A DNA stretch of 64,000 nt from Paramecium tetraurelia (taxonomy: Eukaryota), in NCBI GenBank assembly GCA_000165425.1, contig CT868065.1:1-64000 (forward strand). The letters are read 5' to 3'. Shown here piece by piece: positions 1-14,157 of this stretch. The translations under genes and the position numbers were made by a program. Each line of letters opens with the position of its first letter. Within the stretch, counting starts at the first letter, position 1. Under the pieces are notes generated by a model that had not been told where the DNA came from, ran no database searches, and worked only from the letters and a program-made list of their open reading frames with translations.

Positions 1-671
1 TTCTATATTAAGGTTACAATCGGAATTATCAATATCATATGTTATTTAAACAAATTCTCCCGCAAAATATAAATTTTTCTCTACTTATGCAGATATTGTC
101 GAAGACTATATTTAATGTCATTTTTACTCCTTGTTTTTTACAGCACCATGTCGTTAGATTAGCAGTCTCTTATTTTGAAGAACCTTATAAAATTTCTTTA
201 ATTGGTTCTCGAATGATAATATCTTATTTATGCTTGACGTCATTAATTGATTTAGAAGCTGATCTTATTCGAGCCTTGACCTTATAATTAAGGCTTGCCA
301 AAAAGCCGTACCTAGACTCAAAAGATCCTGGCAGATTTGGTGGAAGATGTAATTCAAAGGGAAAAACAAATTGCCCGACCATTAAGTTTTAATCTAAAAA
401 AGTATGAATAACAAAAGTGTCTCTATGGAATAGATTTTTTCCATGATGTGTCCTTCTGCTTTGTTTTTATCCACTTGTCCACTGAGTTTTCTCTTTTCCT
501 ACAATTTAAAGTTGAACAACATTTCCATGATAACCTGGTATTATAATATGAAGGTAGATATTTCCTAAAATGCTGGAAAATTATACCTTTGACAACATCC
601 CCAGCAATATATTAAGATTTTTCTGTTCTAATCATAATGCTTCCAAATTCTGATCCTGATTTGTTACCCAT
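1..671 (-). CDS. Arrestin N-domain protein (alpha-arrestin-like), 3' end runs off the window
   Basis: Code-6 translation MGNKSGSEFGSIMIRTEKSQYIAGDVVKG|NIYLHI..GKEKTQW..GQFVFPFELHLPPNLPGSFE..LNYKVKA. 22-nt intron at 565-586. The N-terminal MG may be myristoylated. Confidence 0.8.
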
Positions 672-3600
672 AAAAAACAAATTAATTAATTAATTCAATT
701 TCAAAATAATAATAGAAATTTCAGAAAAATACAATAATTAATTTTTAAAAGACATATTAACTTTCAACAATTTTCTTTTCTTAATTCTCTATATTTATTG
801 TTGTTTTTTGAAATATATTACAAGTGAATAATTTTAGTGCTTTTTGAAGGAATTACCTAATAACGTGAAACTCCTAAGTTTTATTAATAATGTCTTCATT
901 TTAGTTCAAAATTTTATATAAACCACTTAAGCCAATTTTTTAAAAATATAATAATAAATTCATGATATCGAGAAATTTATTCAAATCCAGAATAATAATA
1001 AGTAAACTAAGAATCTGTAGTTAAATTAACATTTTAATTAAGTTAGAGCAAATCGTTCAAATCTTTAAGAAATCGGTTTATTTAGAAAAACCCCTTAAAA
1101 ACAATTATGTTAAATAAACTAGTATTTCAAGGAATAATTTAATAAGCATTATGATAGGTATGATAGAAATGGAAAATTGCATGTTTATAGTGTTATATAT
1201 TATAAATAGGCAAAATATAAGGATAAGAAATATCAATAGATAATAGAAAATAATGACGTTTAGTGATGGAGATTATCTAATAAAAGGAACTACAAAGATT
1301 TAGAGATAAATTTCTGAATCTGCTTGAAACTTTGATTGCCAATTCTGTTCTTAAAGTAATATCAATAAACATAGTCAAAGAATTAATTCTGATTATGGAG
1401 AGAAAAATTCTAGATTTATTTCTAAACATCAAGAAAAAGAAGCAATCAATATTGTAAATAGAACGAGAGTTAAAAAGATTTTCAGTATATTTATAAAAAT
1501 ATATTATAATTGATAAAACATATCAGTAAAATGTAAAAAATTGGATTGTGAAATATGAATATTATTTCAAAGAATGAATTTTATTCTCAGAATCAAATTA
1601 ATAAAGTATGTGGGATTGTATTTATTGATATTTGATGGAAAGGCTAATTGGCTAGCTCCAAAAATAGAATAGATTAAATGCATTGATTTTAAAACGTTAA
1701 AGATATACTAACATCAGATGATAAATGGATACCCAATGAAATGGAATCATGAAAATTATTAATAGATGAAATACCTGAAATAATGCAACATTAATGAGAT
1801 TATTATTAAAATAAGATAGATTCTCAATTTTCTGTAGATAATTACTTAAATTTTAATGACTAAAACTTTAAATATTTATTATGGTGTTTATTTTAAAGGT
1901 AGACTTAAAGTGATTTTTATTTTTTGTCCTTCTCTAAGTTAAATATTGATAAACTGTAATTGTTGGTTAATATTTAGCAGCATAAGCCTTAATAGGATTC
2001 TTCTTAATTGAGTTTATCTCTAAATGTTTTATAAGAAAAATTACATATTTCTCAGTTATCAAAGAAAATACAAATAATGTATTCAAGAATAAAGTAATAA
2101 TATAGACCTGCAAAATAAAATTGATTGAAAGTTAATTTACATTGATATTTCATAGCTTTTCTTCAAGATTTATGTAATATAAAAATTATTCATAATTATA
2201 CAATCAATTTTAGAAAGTTAAATAAATAAAATACTTTTACTCTTCTTTCAAATCTTTTAGTGCTTCAGATCATTTGATAGATAAATCAAAAAAAAAAAAA
2301 TTTGCTCTTTAAATGAATTTGAGTTTATTGATATATTTCAAAAAAATTATGAGAGAGTTTTATAAATATTCGATAAATTTAAAAGAATTCTTGAAGAATT
2401 GTTTTATTTCTTAGGTTTCCTTGACCTTAAATTCAAGTACATTGGTAAAGTTTTTAAGGATTACCTTATTAAATATTGTTTTTAATCACCATTTCAACCA
2501 ACTCTCTTACTTACTATTTCCACATATCAACCTCTTGTTGAGTTTTTTATTCGAAAATTAATATCAATAAAAAGCATCTTATAATTATTGTTTTCTTTTT
2601 CTTCACTTAATCCTTCAAAATCTCTCTTATATCAATCTTCTTTTTAACACATGTTTATTTTTTAATTCAAGTCAGAGATAAGAAAAGAACAACTTTAATT
2701 TCAAATCATCCAAATCTATTGTTTTGCAAACCTATAGCTGCTCTATTGTCTTAACTAATAGCGATTTTCTAAATATTCAAAACAATTGTTAAGCATTTGA
2801 ATAAAATTCTGGATTAAATTATACATTAATATTCCATAAAAATTTATCAACCAATTCACCTTGGGGAGAAATCTCCAATACTATAAGCTAAATTATTTCT
2901 AACACGATAAGTTATGCCTAGCGAAGAAAATTGAATTAAATATTAGGAAGAGTCATTTTTATTATAATTAAAAATATTTGCATTCATTTATCTTCTTAAG
3001 AATTATTTTCAGCTATTTTAGATGTCTTTATAGCCATATAACCTATATGATTATTCACATATAGGAAATAATAAACTGTATAATATTTTTTAATTTATAA
3101 TATAATTTTATAATCCAAACCCATAAATTATTTTCTAGAAATCTTAAATCTAATAAACCATAATTTGTTTGTATAATTGGATCACTAAATGTGATCCAAA
3201 AAGACCCATTAAAGGAAAAAAAATGATACCGAACAATATCAAAAGATAAAAAGGCCCCAAAAAAAAATTCCAAAAAAAAAAAGGGCTGAAAAAAAATAAA
3301 ACAAAAAAACCCCAAAAAAATTTTTTCTTTATACCTCCTATTATTTCAGTTCAAGATTAATCAATTTAAGCAATTTTTGTAATAGATTTTGCTATTCTTT
3401 AGAGTTTTAAATAATACCCAGTTTAATATTTTATAATTTAACTGCTACTTTCTTATAAATTTTTTATCATAAGCAAAAGTTAAACAAATAATTAGTTTCT
3501 GCCTATTTTATTAATTGCAATTCTAAAATATTCTAATTATGTAAGAAATATATCTTTCCATTAGGTCTAGGATTACTATTATGATTTCAAAGAAAGGAAC

Positions 3601-4159
3601 ATATGGAAAAAATTAATAAGGTTAGCCCAGTATTTTTAGGTAGTTTAGAGATAATAAAATTTGCAGTTTTGAGGGAAATTGTACTTCGATTTCTGGATTT
3701 GAGTTTGAATCATCAAATTTTCATGATAATCATTTGGATAAAAAAATTGATTATTTTTTGGGAGTCTATGAATTATACAAAAAGGATTATGAAAAAAATT
3801 TTGGACGAAGAGCTATCTTGCCTGATAAATATGAATAATTTCCTTTTTCAATGAAAGTGGTTCTGAGTAATCGAAATTAGAGTATATTGTTAGTGTATGA
3901 TTCAATCCATAAGAAAAATAGAAACATTTAATAATTATATTTATTGTTATAAATCCTCTTGTACTTATTCTTTAAATATATTTCATGTCTGTGTTTATCC
4001 CCAAAAATGCTTAGTAATACTTGATAAAGCTGTTATTTTATAAATATTTTTTTTTCTCTTTAGAATCTAATAACTCTCTTATTCTTTTGCTCAAAATAAA
4101 ATAATTATCAGTAAATTTAATTAGACAGTAATTATTCGCAAATCCACAACTATAAAAAT

Positions 4160-5040
4160 AATTGTTATTCCATATCAATTACAAACCTTTTACTAAACGC
4201 CACATTAATCGAATACTTATTGGCCCACAAAACCTGCATTTGTAATTTATATAAAAACATAACCTCAATAATACTAATATTAATCATAATTTCAAGTGAA
4301 ATAGCCGCAAATAATCCAACTTAACAAATTTACTAACCTACCTAGTCCAGTTAGATAATAACAAAAATCTATAAATTAATAACAAATCCAAACTGGTAAT
4401 TCTATCAACCCTTAATATCCTAATGATTAAAGATAAATCTAACTAAATAAATCACACCTATTGTAATCATTGCCATAACTTGGTCCTAGATATTCTGTAC
4501 GAAAGCCTCAAACTTATATAATTCCTAATCAAACTGCTCAATAAATTTTCTGTAATAAAACTATCAATAACAAGAATAACAGCCGTAACCATAATAGCAG
4601 CCAAATTAAATGAAGTATGTTTTTCCACTAATTACTTATAAGAAGTGGAGTTAGAGAAGAGATTCTAAGATGACATTGATAGAACAAAAAATTTGGTTCA
4701 AAAATATAACCCTGCAGAATAAAACACATACAATAATAATAATAATTTGTAGAATTGCAATATGAAGATGATTTATTTAAGGATATGAACCTCCCATCAG
4801 GGAAGGTTTTTTTGGTGTACTCATGAAATATAGAAAATGGATGGCTTAGTTATGAAGGTATTATGAAGTTAATATGGGTGAATATTTGGAAGGTAAAATG
4901 CACTGAAAAGGAGTGCTATTTTAAAATGGAGAATAATATTTGTAGGGGAATCTAATGATGGCATGATAAATGGTTAAGGAATATATTCCACCAGTAACAT
5001 GAATGATATAGAATGGTTTGGAAGATGGATAATTAGTTTA
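4160..5040 (+). pseudogene. Decayed MORN-repeat gene
   Basis: GEYLEGKMH*KGVL, with TGA at 4904-4906 replacing the MORN Gly, then a frameshift to FVGESNDGMINGQGIY. A Q/N/P-rich N-terminal relic lies upstream. Boundaries approximate. Confidence 0.6.
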
Positions 5041-5343
5041 ATGATTCTTAAAGTTGACTTATAAATATATATTTGAAGAAATAATATAAGATCCTCATCC
5101 CAAATCGAATAGAATTACATTATCAAATATCTTACCTGTTCAATAAGTTTAGATTTAGCAGATTTTCCATTTTGATAGTTTGCTGAATAAGCATTAAATC
5201 ATTGATTATTTTGAGTATTTACCTTGCAAATCTAAATCAACCTCTGTTTAAGAATTTATCCTTTTTTCTTCACTATATTTACAACACCTTTAGCAATTTT
5301 TAAAACTTTCATAATTAATTATAAAAAAATCAATTTAAGAATT

Positions 5344-6948
5344 TCAAAGATCTATATAATTATTCTCAAAATATATATCGGATTTTTAGATATCATCATC
5401 TATGGTTATCGGTTCATCAATTGTAAAGAGCTAAAAGTCCTCATCACTTAAGAGATGAAATTCATCCTTTAATTTTAAGAATATGCTTTTAGAGTTGTCC
5501 TTATTGATTGTTTCTTGCTGAACCATAGAACTTTAATTGTTATTCTATTCATTTTGATTGACATTTGAAATGTCATGAATTTAAATATGATCATTGGATT
5601 GGTTTCTCGATATCTCCTGTAAATTTAATTACTCTTAAATTATTTCTGGTGTACTTATTTTGGAAAATTATTTGAGTTTGATTCCAACTTTATGGGCTAG
5701 TTTGATTTTATCAGAAGGATATGTTGATTATAGTAAAAATTATAATTTTGCCAAGGTGTACAAAATATTTGTAATGCTAAGCTTTTTTGCTGCAATTCTT
5801 TATATTTTATTATAAAATGAAATGTATTCATCTTTATCAATAATTATATTATTGTATTTAACTTCAACAATTTTGCCATACCAATTTTGACTTTATTAGA
5901 TATTACAATATTCAGGATAATACATTTGAATAACCTTAGAGATGGATTCTTTCTCTAATTAATGCTCATTCAAAAAGATGAACAAATATGATAACACTAA
6001 AATGATCGAAACGATAGATCCTATGTCAGCCAGCACTTCAGATATCTTAGGATATTCAATATACTATTCTTATATTACTTCACTCAAACTATAGGCCATA
6101 ACTAAGTAGGTTGCCCTTCCAAATACATTGTAAAAGCTATCAGTGCTAGTTGTTTAAGATATTATTATAACATCCATAGGAAACTCTTTATTAGAATTAG
6201 AAGGAAATAAAAATCCATCATCAACTTCAGTTTTAGACAATCTAATTTAATTTTAGAAATACAACGTTGAATTACTAGTAAGAATTCCTAAGAATTGCTT
6301 TGTTACATTTTAAATACGTTTTTACTTTGAGTTATATTCTTTCACATAATGATTTAATATTATAGCATGACTTTTTTAATTCATATAAGTGTTAACCAAA
6401 GATTAATTTGCACATTTCTATCCATCCAATAAATATATTTCCATGCATGTTCCAAAGGATAATAAATACTCGATTTATGGATCATCATCAGAATAGTTCA
6501 TGTTTAAGTTTAGTTCTATGTTTTTCAAAATAACTTCATAAATATCATTATTATCTTATAATCTATATTCACAAGGATATGAATCTACAAGTTGTTAATT
6601 CTCAAATTTAGATAGTACAGGCTGCAGTATGATGTTTCCTGGATCAAATGGGTCGATTTAGTCAACTTTGTTATTTTTTCTAATGTAAAAAGTTGACAAC
6701 ATTTCATCAATGTTATAGTATTTTTTCTCATAGGAAGTTTAGATATAAGTGATTTTTGGTAATAATTGGTTTGATTGCCATTAGATAATTTGATACAAAA
6801 AGTAAGCTAGGCTTGATCCATATAAAATAAAAGTAGCAATCCCTCCAAGAACTGATTTATATTCAGGATGGATGTCTATAATTGGTGGTCTATATATAGC
6901 TCCAAATCTATCAATTTTTTACAACCCTTTGACAAATTGATCAATCAT
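5344..6948 (-). CDS. Two-TM membrane protein with large extracellular loop (ciliate DxFG..GG family, DEG/ENaC-like topology), copy 1
   Basis: Intronless 535-codon frame. MIDQF..KIDRFGAIYRP..YKSVLGGIATFILYGSSLAYFLYQIIQW (TM1), EYPKISEVLADIGSIVSIILVLSY (TM2), C-terminal LSDEDF. Confidence 0.8.
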
Positions 6949-7551
6949 TTAATGTTATTGCAATTATAATGAAATCAAAAAATATATATAAATGTTTCAA
7001 TAAAGATAATTATATTAGAATTATTAGTAAGGTTATTATTCATATTCATTTAAGTGCAATTATTATTCTTAAATTTTATAAGGCCAATAAAATATGGGAA
7101 TCTGATTAAGTAAAATACAGAATTCTATTATTATTAATGCAGATTGATTGGCAATGCTGTTGTTACTGATTCTGCTTCCCTATTTAAAATTTTTAAATGA
7201 ATATCTATTTTAATTATTCTTAACAATCACTAAATTAGTTATATGATACAATGATTTGGGAGAAGCTGGTGATCTATTAACAAAATACCGAAGGATTTTC
7301 ATTCTCAAAATAATTACTACAATCTTAAAATCCTTATGTTGTCCACTTTTACAGCAAAAGAAAAGGATTGATCCAAATTTCTCTCAAAATTATAAACCAT
7401 TTTTTCGACTTAAAAATAAATAGTCTATGGTTTATGATTATAGATATTCTAAAGTAGGCTGGATACTGAGGTTGATCACACTCTTTGAAACATCAGAGTA
7501 TTTCTAATGTAAAATATAATTAATAATATTAAATCAGTAGAAGTTTAAAAT

Positions 7552-10240
7552 ATGAATTAAATTAAGATTGAGGAGGAGAGTTCTTTAAACTTTGATCCGT
7601 TTCGCATACCAGCCAACATTGATTTAGCCAAAATTCATTAGGTAAGCTCAATTACTAATTAGAAAGCATCCATGTGTGGAGAGAATGAGGAAAAATCAGA
7701 TCATTGCCCATGCTGTGGATAACATGTATAATAAAAAGAAATTTCATTATGTTAAAATAGATTGGATTTGGCATTTTTGGGTTAAGGGATGCCTTTATTT
7801 TTTGAAATGACCCAGTAATTGACTTTATTGGCTTGTGTTTTATTTATAATTCTTGGGATACCATGTCTAATAACTAATATTAAAAATCATGACTGTATTG
7901 CGGAAGACAATTAGTTTTATCAAATTTCATTAAATGGACTTTGTAATGAAAATTGTCCATAAAATTCAACTGATTTTTTATCGATCACAAAATTGACTCA
8001 CTCAAATGAATGCAAGACTATTTGTGCTAAAATTTTAGATATTTGTCTTGAAACATCAGTTATGTAGATGTCATTTGCAAACAAACAGTTCGATGAGACA
8101 TCTAAATTTGTCTAGTCTATTCTAGTTTTGTGTAGTATTTTAGTTTTTAAGTTTGCGATGATTAGAATCAGGATATCACAAAGAAACACTGCAAGAGTTT
8201 GTGATTAAGAATTTGTTTCTCCTTCTGATTTCACAGCCATGTTGACAAACTTACCAAGAAATGAATACAATGAAGCGGAATTAAAGGACGCATTGTTAGA
8301 TTTTTGTTATTAATTTGATGACAAAGGGCGATACGAAATCATTAAAATAATAATAGCATATGATATTACTTCATTTGTTTAATGCAGTAGGGAAAAGATG
8401 TGTTTGGAAAAAAAGATAGAAAAAATAGAAAATTATTATAAATCCTATCATCGATATCCACGTTCTTTGAAGAACAATTATCTCAGTAGTTTGAAACAAA
8501 GGATTATTTTCCTTGGTGAAAAATTATCGCGAATTGAAAGTGAAGTTGAAAAATAATAATATGCACACTAAACTTAGGTTGCATTTGTGACTTTCTAAAC
8601 TAAAGAATGTAAATTGATATTCTATTTTAGAATTGCAATCAGTTTTAGATTAAACTAAACTATCATACTGGGAAGGAGTGTGGATTCGATTCAAATATTA
8701 CTTCATCAATCAACAAGATCGAAGAGGCTTCTATTTTAAAAATCGAATTATCATATTTTGCAGAGCTCCTGAACCAAACGATGTCTTTTGGGAGAACTGT
8801 GGGTTTAATTTCCAGTATCAAATACAAAAAAGAATATTAAATTTCTTTATTACGATATTCATATTAGCAGCTTCCTTCACAATTTTACTAGGCTTAAATA
8901 TCTTATAAAGTCAAAATCTCTCTTCCTTTGATGATGCTATAATGATATTTGTAACTCTGGTTATTTCATTAATAATCACAGTTATAAATTAGATAATTTA
9001 TCACGTAATTAAATTGCTAGGATAATCGGAAAAGCATTTCACAAAAACTCACCATGATGTTTCAGTTGCAACTAAATTGGCAATTGTTTAATTTTTTAAT
9101 TCAGGAATCTTCACCAAAGTTATTAATATTTTAGTCTATAATTTTCAAAACGAAAATCCTGATGCTCATGCAGCAACGTATGCCTACTCTAGATAAGGGG
9201 GAGTAATTTCAGACGCATTCTTTTTGTTGATTGTGAATTCATTCCTTGTTCCTATTTTTGCCTATTTGGATCCACTCTACCTCTATAAATTATATCAGTA
9301 ATACTTCTTCAAAGTTGATAATACTTTCAATTAGATAGAAGCTAATAGAATATTTGAAGGACCTTCTGTACTTTTGTATGAACATTATTCATATGTTTGC
9401 TTGTCTCTTTGGATCTCCTTACTATTTGCTCCTTTATTACCAATATCCTTGCTATTTTGCAGTTCTGGATTACTTCTGTACTATTGGATATAGAAGTATC
9501 TATTGCTAAGAAGAAATTGCAAACCTCCTTTTTAAAGTTTTCATTTAAATCGAGAAATGATGAACTTATTTGAATTAAGTCCTATCATTTTGGCTGTTGG
9601 CTAAATATGGACAGATTACATTTTTAGTTCAAGTTCAATTATATTGACAATAAATTTTATCAGTTTGGGGTTCTCTTGTCTAGAATTAATCACTCCAGCT
9701 ACTAGAATCAGTAAATTATTTGATAGAAAGGATAATCTATATACTGAGAAGGATAGATACTAGGATGTCTTTTTAAAACTGCCAACAGATTATGATAGAA
9801 CCAACCCATTGACTTAACAAAATGCAATCTTGGAATTCATTAAAGCAAAAACCTTAAAAGATAGTAATTACAAATAGCCTTAAGTTATGGACACCAAAAC
9901 AGCATTATATAAATATATTTAAACTGGAGGAGTTCAGTTTATGAAAAATACCGTTGCATTAAAGCTTAAAATTTCCATGATGAGAAAAATCAAACTAATA
10001 AGATAAGCTCGTTAGTTAGGTGCTATGGCTTTGCAGTAATGTGATGAGGAGATCTCTTAAGATTAACAAGAACCAATCTATACTTAAGCACCAGAATACA
10101 TAATAGTTAATAAAAATATAAATTTTAGGTAGAATTCACTTATTAATTCTACTCATGATGAAAATAATAATAATAAATTTTAAGATGCTCATATCTACAA
10201 TTTCTCTAAAATTCTTAATCCCAATAAATTTGAAAATTGA
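7552..10240 (+). CDS. OSCA/TMEM63 (CSC1)-like mechanosensitive channel
   Basis: 882 codons after introns 7642-7662 and 8609-8630. Motifs PSDFTAMLTNLP, AFVTF, RAPEPNDVFWEN, EKHFTKT, plus multiple TM helices. Confidence 0.8.
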
Positions 10241-10528
10241 GAATGTTTTTTCTACTTTTTTGATAACTTGTTTATGTGTATTGGTTATTTTTAAGAAATT
10301 ATCATTTATATTGTCATTTAAATATAAGATATAAGAGTTTCTTTCTCTCTGTATTCCGAAATCTCAACATCGATGATTATGTTTGAACTCTCTCATTAAT
10401 CTATACTGCTATTATTCAAAAGCTATTGATTAGGATGATTTTAAGTAGCAAAGCAATTTTTATTTGATGGACTTAAAAGAGGGTAAAGTTTAATTTTCCA
10501 AAAATCACAATTAATTCATAAATTATTA

Positions 10529-11849
10529 ATGAGTGATATTAAAGAAATAGAAGTGGAAAAGAAATTCATCGAAGAGTATTTTAAATAAATCAGTACTTCT
10601 GACATTGATACTATAAAAAGGTATCTCTTGTATGTAAAACAACGCAAGAGAGGAAATGAAAATGAGAAGGTTCCCATAAGAACATTTATAAATGTGATTT
10701 CAGAGGGAAAAGGCAAGAAGGCCATTCATTTCGGTGCATCTAGAGGAGACTTGGATGTGTTCAAGTTTTTAGTCAAGAAAGGAGCAGATGTTAATTTGTT
10801 GGATGATGAAAAGAATAATCCATTCTTGATTGCTGTTCAACACAATCATTTATCAATTGTGCAATACTTGATTGATGTACACCATGTGGATGTGAATTAC
10901 TCTAGAAATACAATCACAGCTCTTCATTTGGCTGCTTAATAAGGTGCAATTCCAATGATTGAATTATTGCTCTCAGCAGGAGCCAATATCAATGCATTGT
11001 CCAATTATGGTACACCAGTTTCATTTGCAGTGGCATACTAGTAAAATTGGAGTGCTCTCCATTTGATAAAGAAAGGAGCAGACTTAAATATCGTTTAAAA
11101 TGAAATGCCTTCCTTATTACATTTACTTATTGACTAAAACAATCAAGAGTTGTTTAACACAATATTTGAAGAATTCTCAGACAAGATCAACGTGAATATC
11201 AAAGACCACGATGGATGGTCAGCTTTGCACTTATGTGCAGAAAAAGGATTATTAAAATTTTCATAAACACTGATTAAACATGGTGCGGATATCAATTACG
11301 AAAATAAAAAGTAAACTTCTTTGGACTTAGCAGTATAAAATGAGAATTGGGATTGTGTCGAATATTATAGAGAATTTGCTTTGAGAAAGGAACCCTAGAT
11401 TCCAGCTTCTTTGGTTTAGCTGACAGATGATTAAGTTAAGGTTCTATATAATGAGATTAATGTAGAAAAGGGGGAGGCCAATAAATTGTTATAAGCAGAA
11501 AAATATGAATAGGCAGTTATTAAGTATAGTGAAATAATTGAGAAATCCAAATAGATCGTTGATCATTATAGAGATGAAATTGTGAAGATTTACACTAATT
11601 TAGCTAATGCTTAATTGAAATTATCGAAATATAAGGACACATTAGCAACATGTAAGCAGGCTAGAAATGTTAAGAAAGATTGGGGTGAAGATCTACTACT
11701 TTGAAGGGTAAGCTTATGAAGGATTGAATGAGTTTGGAGAGGCAGCTGCATCCTACTTTGAAGCATTAAAGATTTAATAAGAACCAGGAATGAAAGCATT
11801 ATTTGATTAAGCTATCAAGAGAGGTAAGGAATTGTATAAATAAAAATGA
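10529..11849 (+). CDS. Ankyrin-repeat + TPR protein, with a +1 frameshift in the last TPR
   Basis: Ankyrin repeats (AIHFGASRG, TALHLAAQQG, GWSALHLCAEKG), then TPR (KGEANKLLQAEKYEQA..IYTNLANAQ..DW/VKIYYFEGQAY). Extra G at 11682-11685. Confidence 0.85.
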
Positions 11850-14157
11850 TCACAAATACATTTCCAATATTTGCTATAAATTTTCTTTATTTATTGGTTT
11901 TTCTAAGTAACTTAACATCCCATATGATTATGCTTAATACTTTGTCTGCATGTCACTGAAAGCAGAACAAGCCACTATTTTAATTTTTGGTTACAATAAT
12001 TTGATTTATCTGGTTGTTTCAAATCCATCCATTTACGGCATGTTAATATCCATTAATATTAAATGATATTGGCATTTCTAATTCAATCTTGATTCCACCT
12101 ATTAAATAGCTTGATATCCATTTTATGCTATATCACTCTCGAACCCAAGCATTTTAATCATAATCCTCAACGGGAATAAATTTGCTGGTTCATCATCCAC
12201 TAAGAGTAATTTAACAAATTAGCATTCTGGTGAACTCATTGAAGGGAATCTTGCTCTCTGTCCAGGCAAATGATTTGGTTTTGGATCCTCTGCAATTGTT
12301 CTGTCATCTTCTTCAATTATCATAATGTTATCATCCTTGAGAGTTGATGGAAAGAATATCTAAGGTTAAGGTCTCATTTGGCACGATTTGCTTGGACTCA
12401 ATTTTTTGATTTATGATGGACAACTTTTAGGATTGGAGGCAATGCTGGAAAGAGGATAAGCAAGATTGGATTTCTGATGAAGGAATACTTTCTTATCAAT
12501 CATTTTTATTGATTTGGATTCAAATTAACTGGTGGGTGATTCTAATACTTGATATTTCCAAAGGCAAAACCAAAACTTTGTGCCATCTCCTTATTTTGAT
12601 TTAAATTGCAAATATTCTTTGTGAGCTGGTTTGAATGAGGATAGATGCTTAATTAAGTAATTTGAATTGAGCAATCCTAAGCCTAATCCAGCTGCTCCTT
12701 CTGAAAGTTTTGACGTCAAGATCAAATCATTCCCTAACATTTATTCGATGTTGGAGGCTACACTTTCAGATATTCCAATTCCTGAATCTAGAACTGAAAA
12801 TTTGATCCTTTTGTCATCTTCCTTTTCAGCAGTCACATATACTTGCCCCTCTTAATTTGTGTATTTGATAGCATTTTAGATAAGGTTTTGGAGTATTTAC
12901 TTAATTCTTTATCCATCTTATTTAAAGTTGACAGTAACTTTATTCACTAAATATAGGGAAATCTTTTTTTATACTGCATGTTATTTAAATAAGGTTTAGA
13001 GTTCAGTGAAGATGTCATCGATATTCACGTCGTCTATTTCTAATTGAAAGGTTTTGCTGCGTAGCTAATGGAAGTCTTTTAAGTCCTTGACCATGTTATT
13101 CATCATAACTACACAATTGTATATAGAATCGAATTGTTCTTTCATTGATGGGAATTGTGCCAAACCATTTTACGCATTAAGAGCGATTTAATTCAATAGG
13201 GTTCCAAATTCGTGACTAAAGGATTAAAACAATTTGTTCATCAAAGCATAACATGAGTTTTTCTTGATGTACTTTGAAAACTCTTTGATTTCTTCAAACT
13301 TTAAAATGATCACATCTCTCTCGAAATGCAACTTTATCTAATAATATTCTAATAAAATAAAATTTGTTTTAATTATTAATATATCTGTTGTCTTTTGCAA
13401 AATTTAACATTTGTTTATTAGTTGTCGTAGACTTATTCCCTTGATTTTTTAATTTAGGTTTTTTTGAGTTTGTTTGTCCACTTTAAGTATTCTCATGTGA
13501 TCCAATAGATTTTCTTCGGAAACCTCATCCCTAATTAGAATGTCTCTGAGTTCATTGGTGCATGATCTTATTTCAAGTGTTGTCGAATTTTCAAGCACAA
13601 TAGCTTTGTGTGTTATGAAGTTGATGTCCTCCAAAAGAACAAGCGATTTGATTGTATTCGGCATGCGAGAAGTAAGCAAAGAGCCTTTACTCGATTGCTT
13701 TTGCAGCTTCTACTCTTTTATAGCCCAAGAGAAATAGGTGACAATCAAGACGGTGAATACACTCATCAAATAAGATTGGACTTCATTATTTTATGAATAT
13801 ATACAGATTAGGGTTACATGGACTATGATAATTTCCAATACTACTTGAGCAAGCAAGAATATTAAGATGCCATCTTTTTTAGTCATTTTCCATAAAAAGT
13901 ATGAATCCGACAAGTGACTACAGCACCATGAACTAATCGTTTTGTTTGGCAAAAACACTCAAGATATTGATAGCGAATTGAGCATAAATGTTTAAGTTAC
14001 TATATTTTGTTAAGAGTACTATTTAGAATAGACTAATAACTAAGCTGATTAAAAGCAGTATGAGATTCAAAAGGGGAGCTCTAGTGCATTCTAAAGTTGC
14101 ATAAATGAGTTGCAGAATGTACATCCCAATAATGGCTTATTTTTTATGTTTAATCAT
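11850..14157 (-). CDS. Hybrid histidine kinase (multi-TM sensor, HisKA, HATPase, receiver), with a +1 frameshift near 13895
   Basis: H-box SFSHEFGTLLN, N-box QNLIQNAIKYT, G1 DSGIG, G2 AAGLGLGL, receiver LLVDDE..ILMDINMP..ACSAF..KP. Confidence 0.9.

Noticed and set aside
3200..3330. Run of inflated homopolymers (aaaaaggccccaaaaaaaaattcc...) and the Phe-rich ORF 3055-3315
   Set aside because: Looks like a low-quality read end. It is not a telomeric (CCC[A/C]AA)n array or a real protein.
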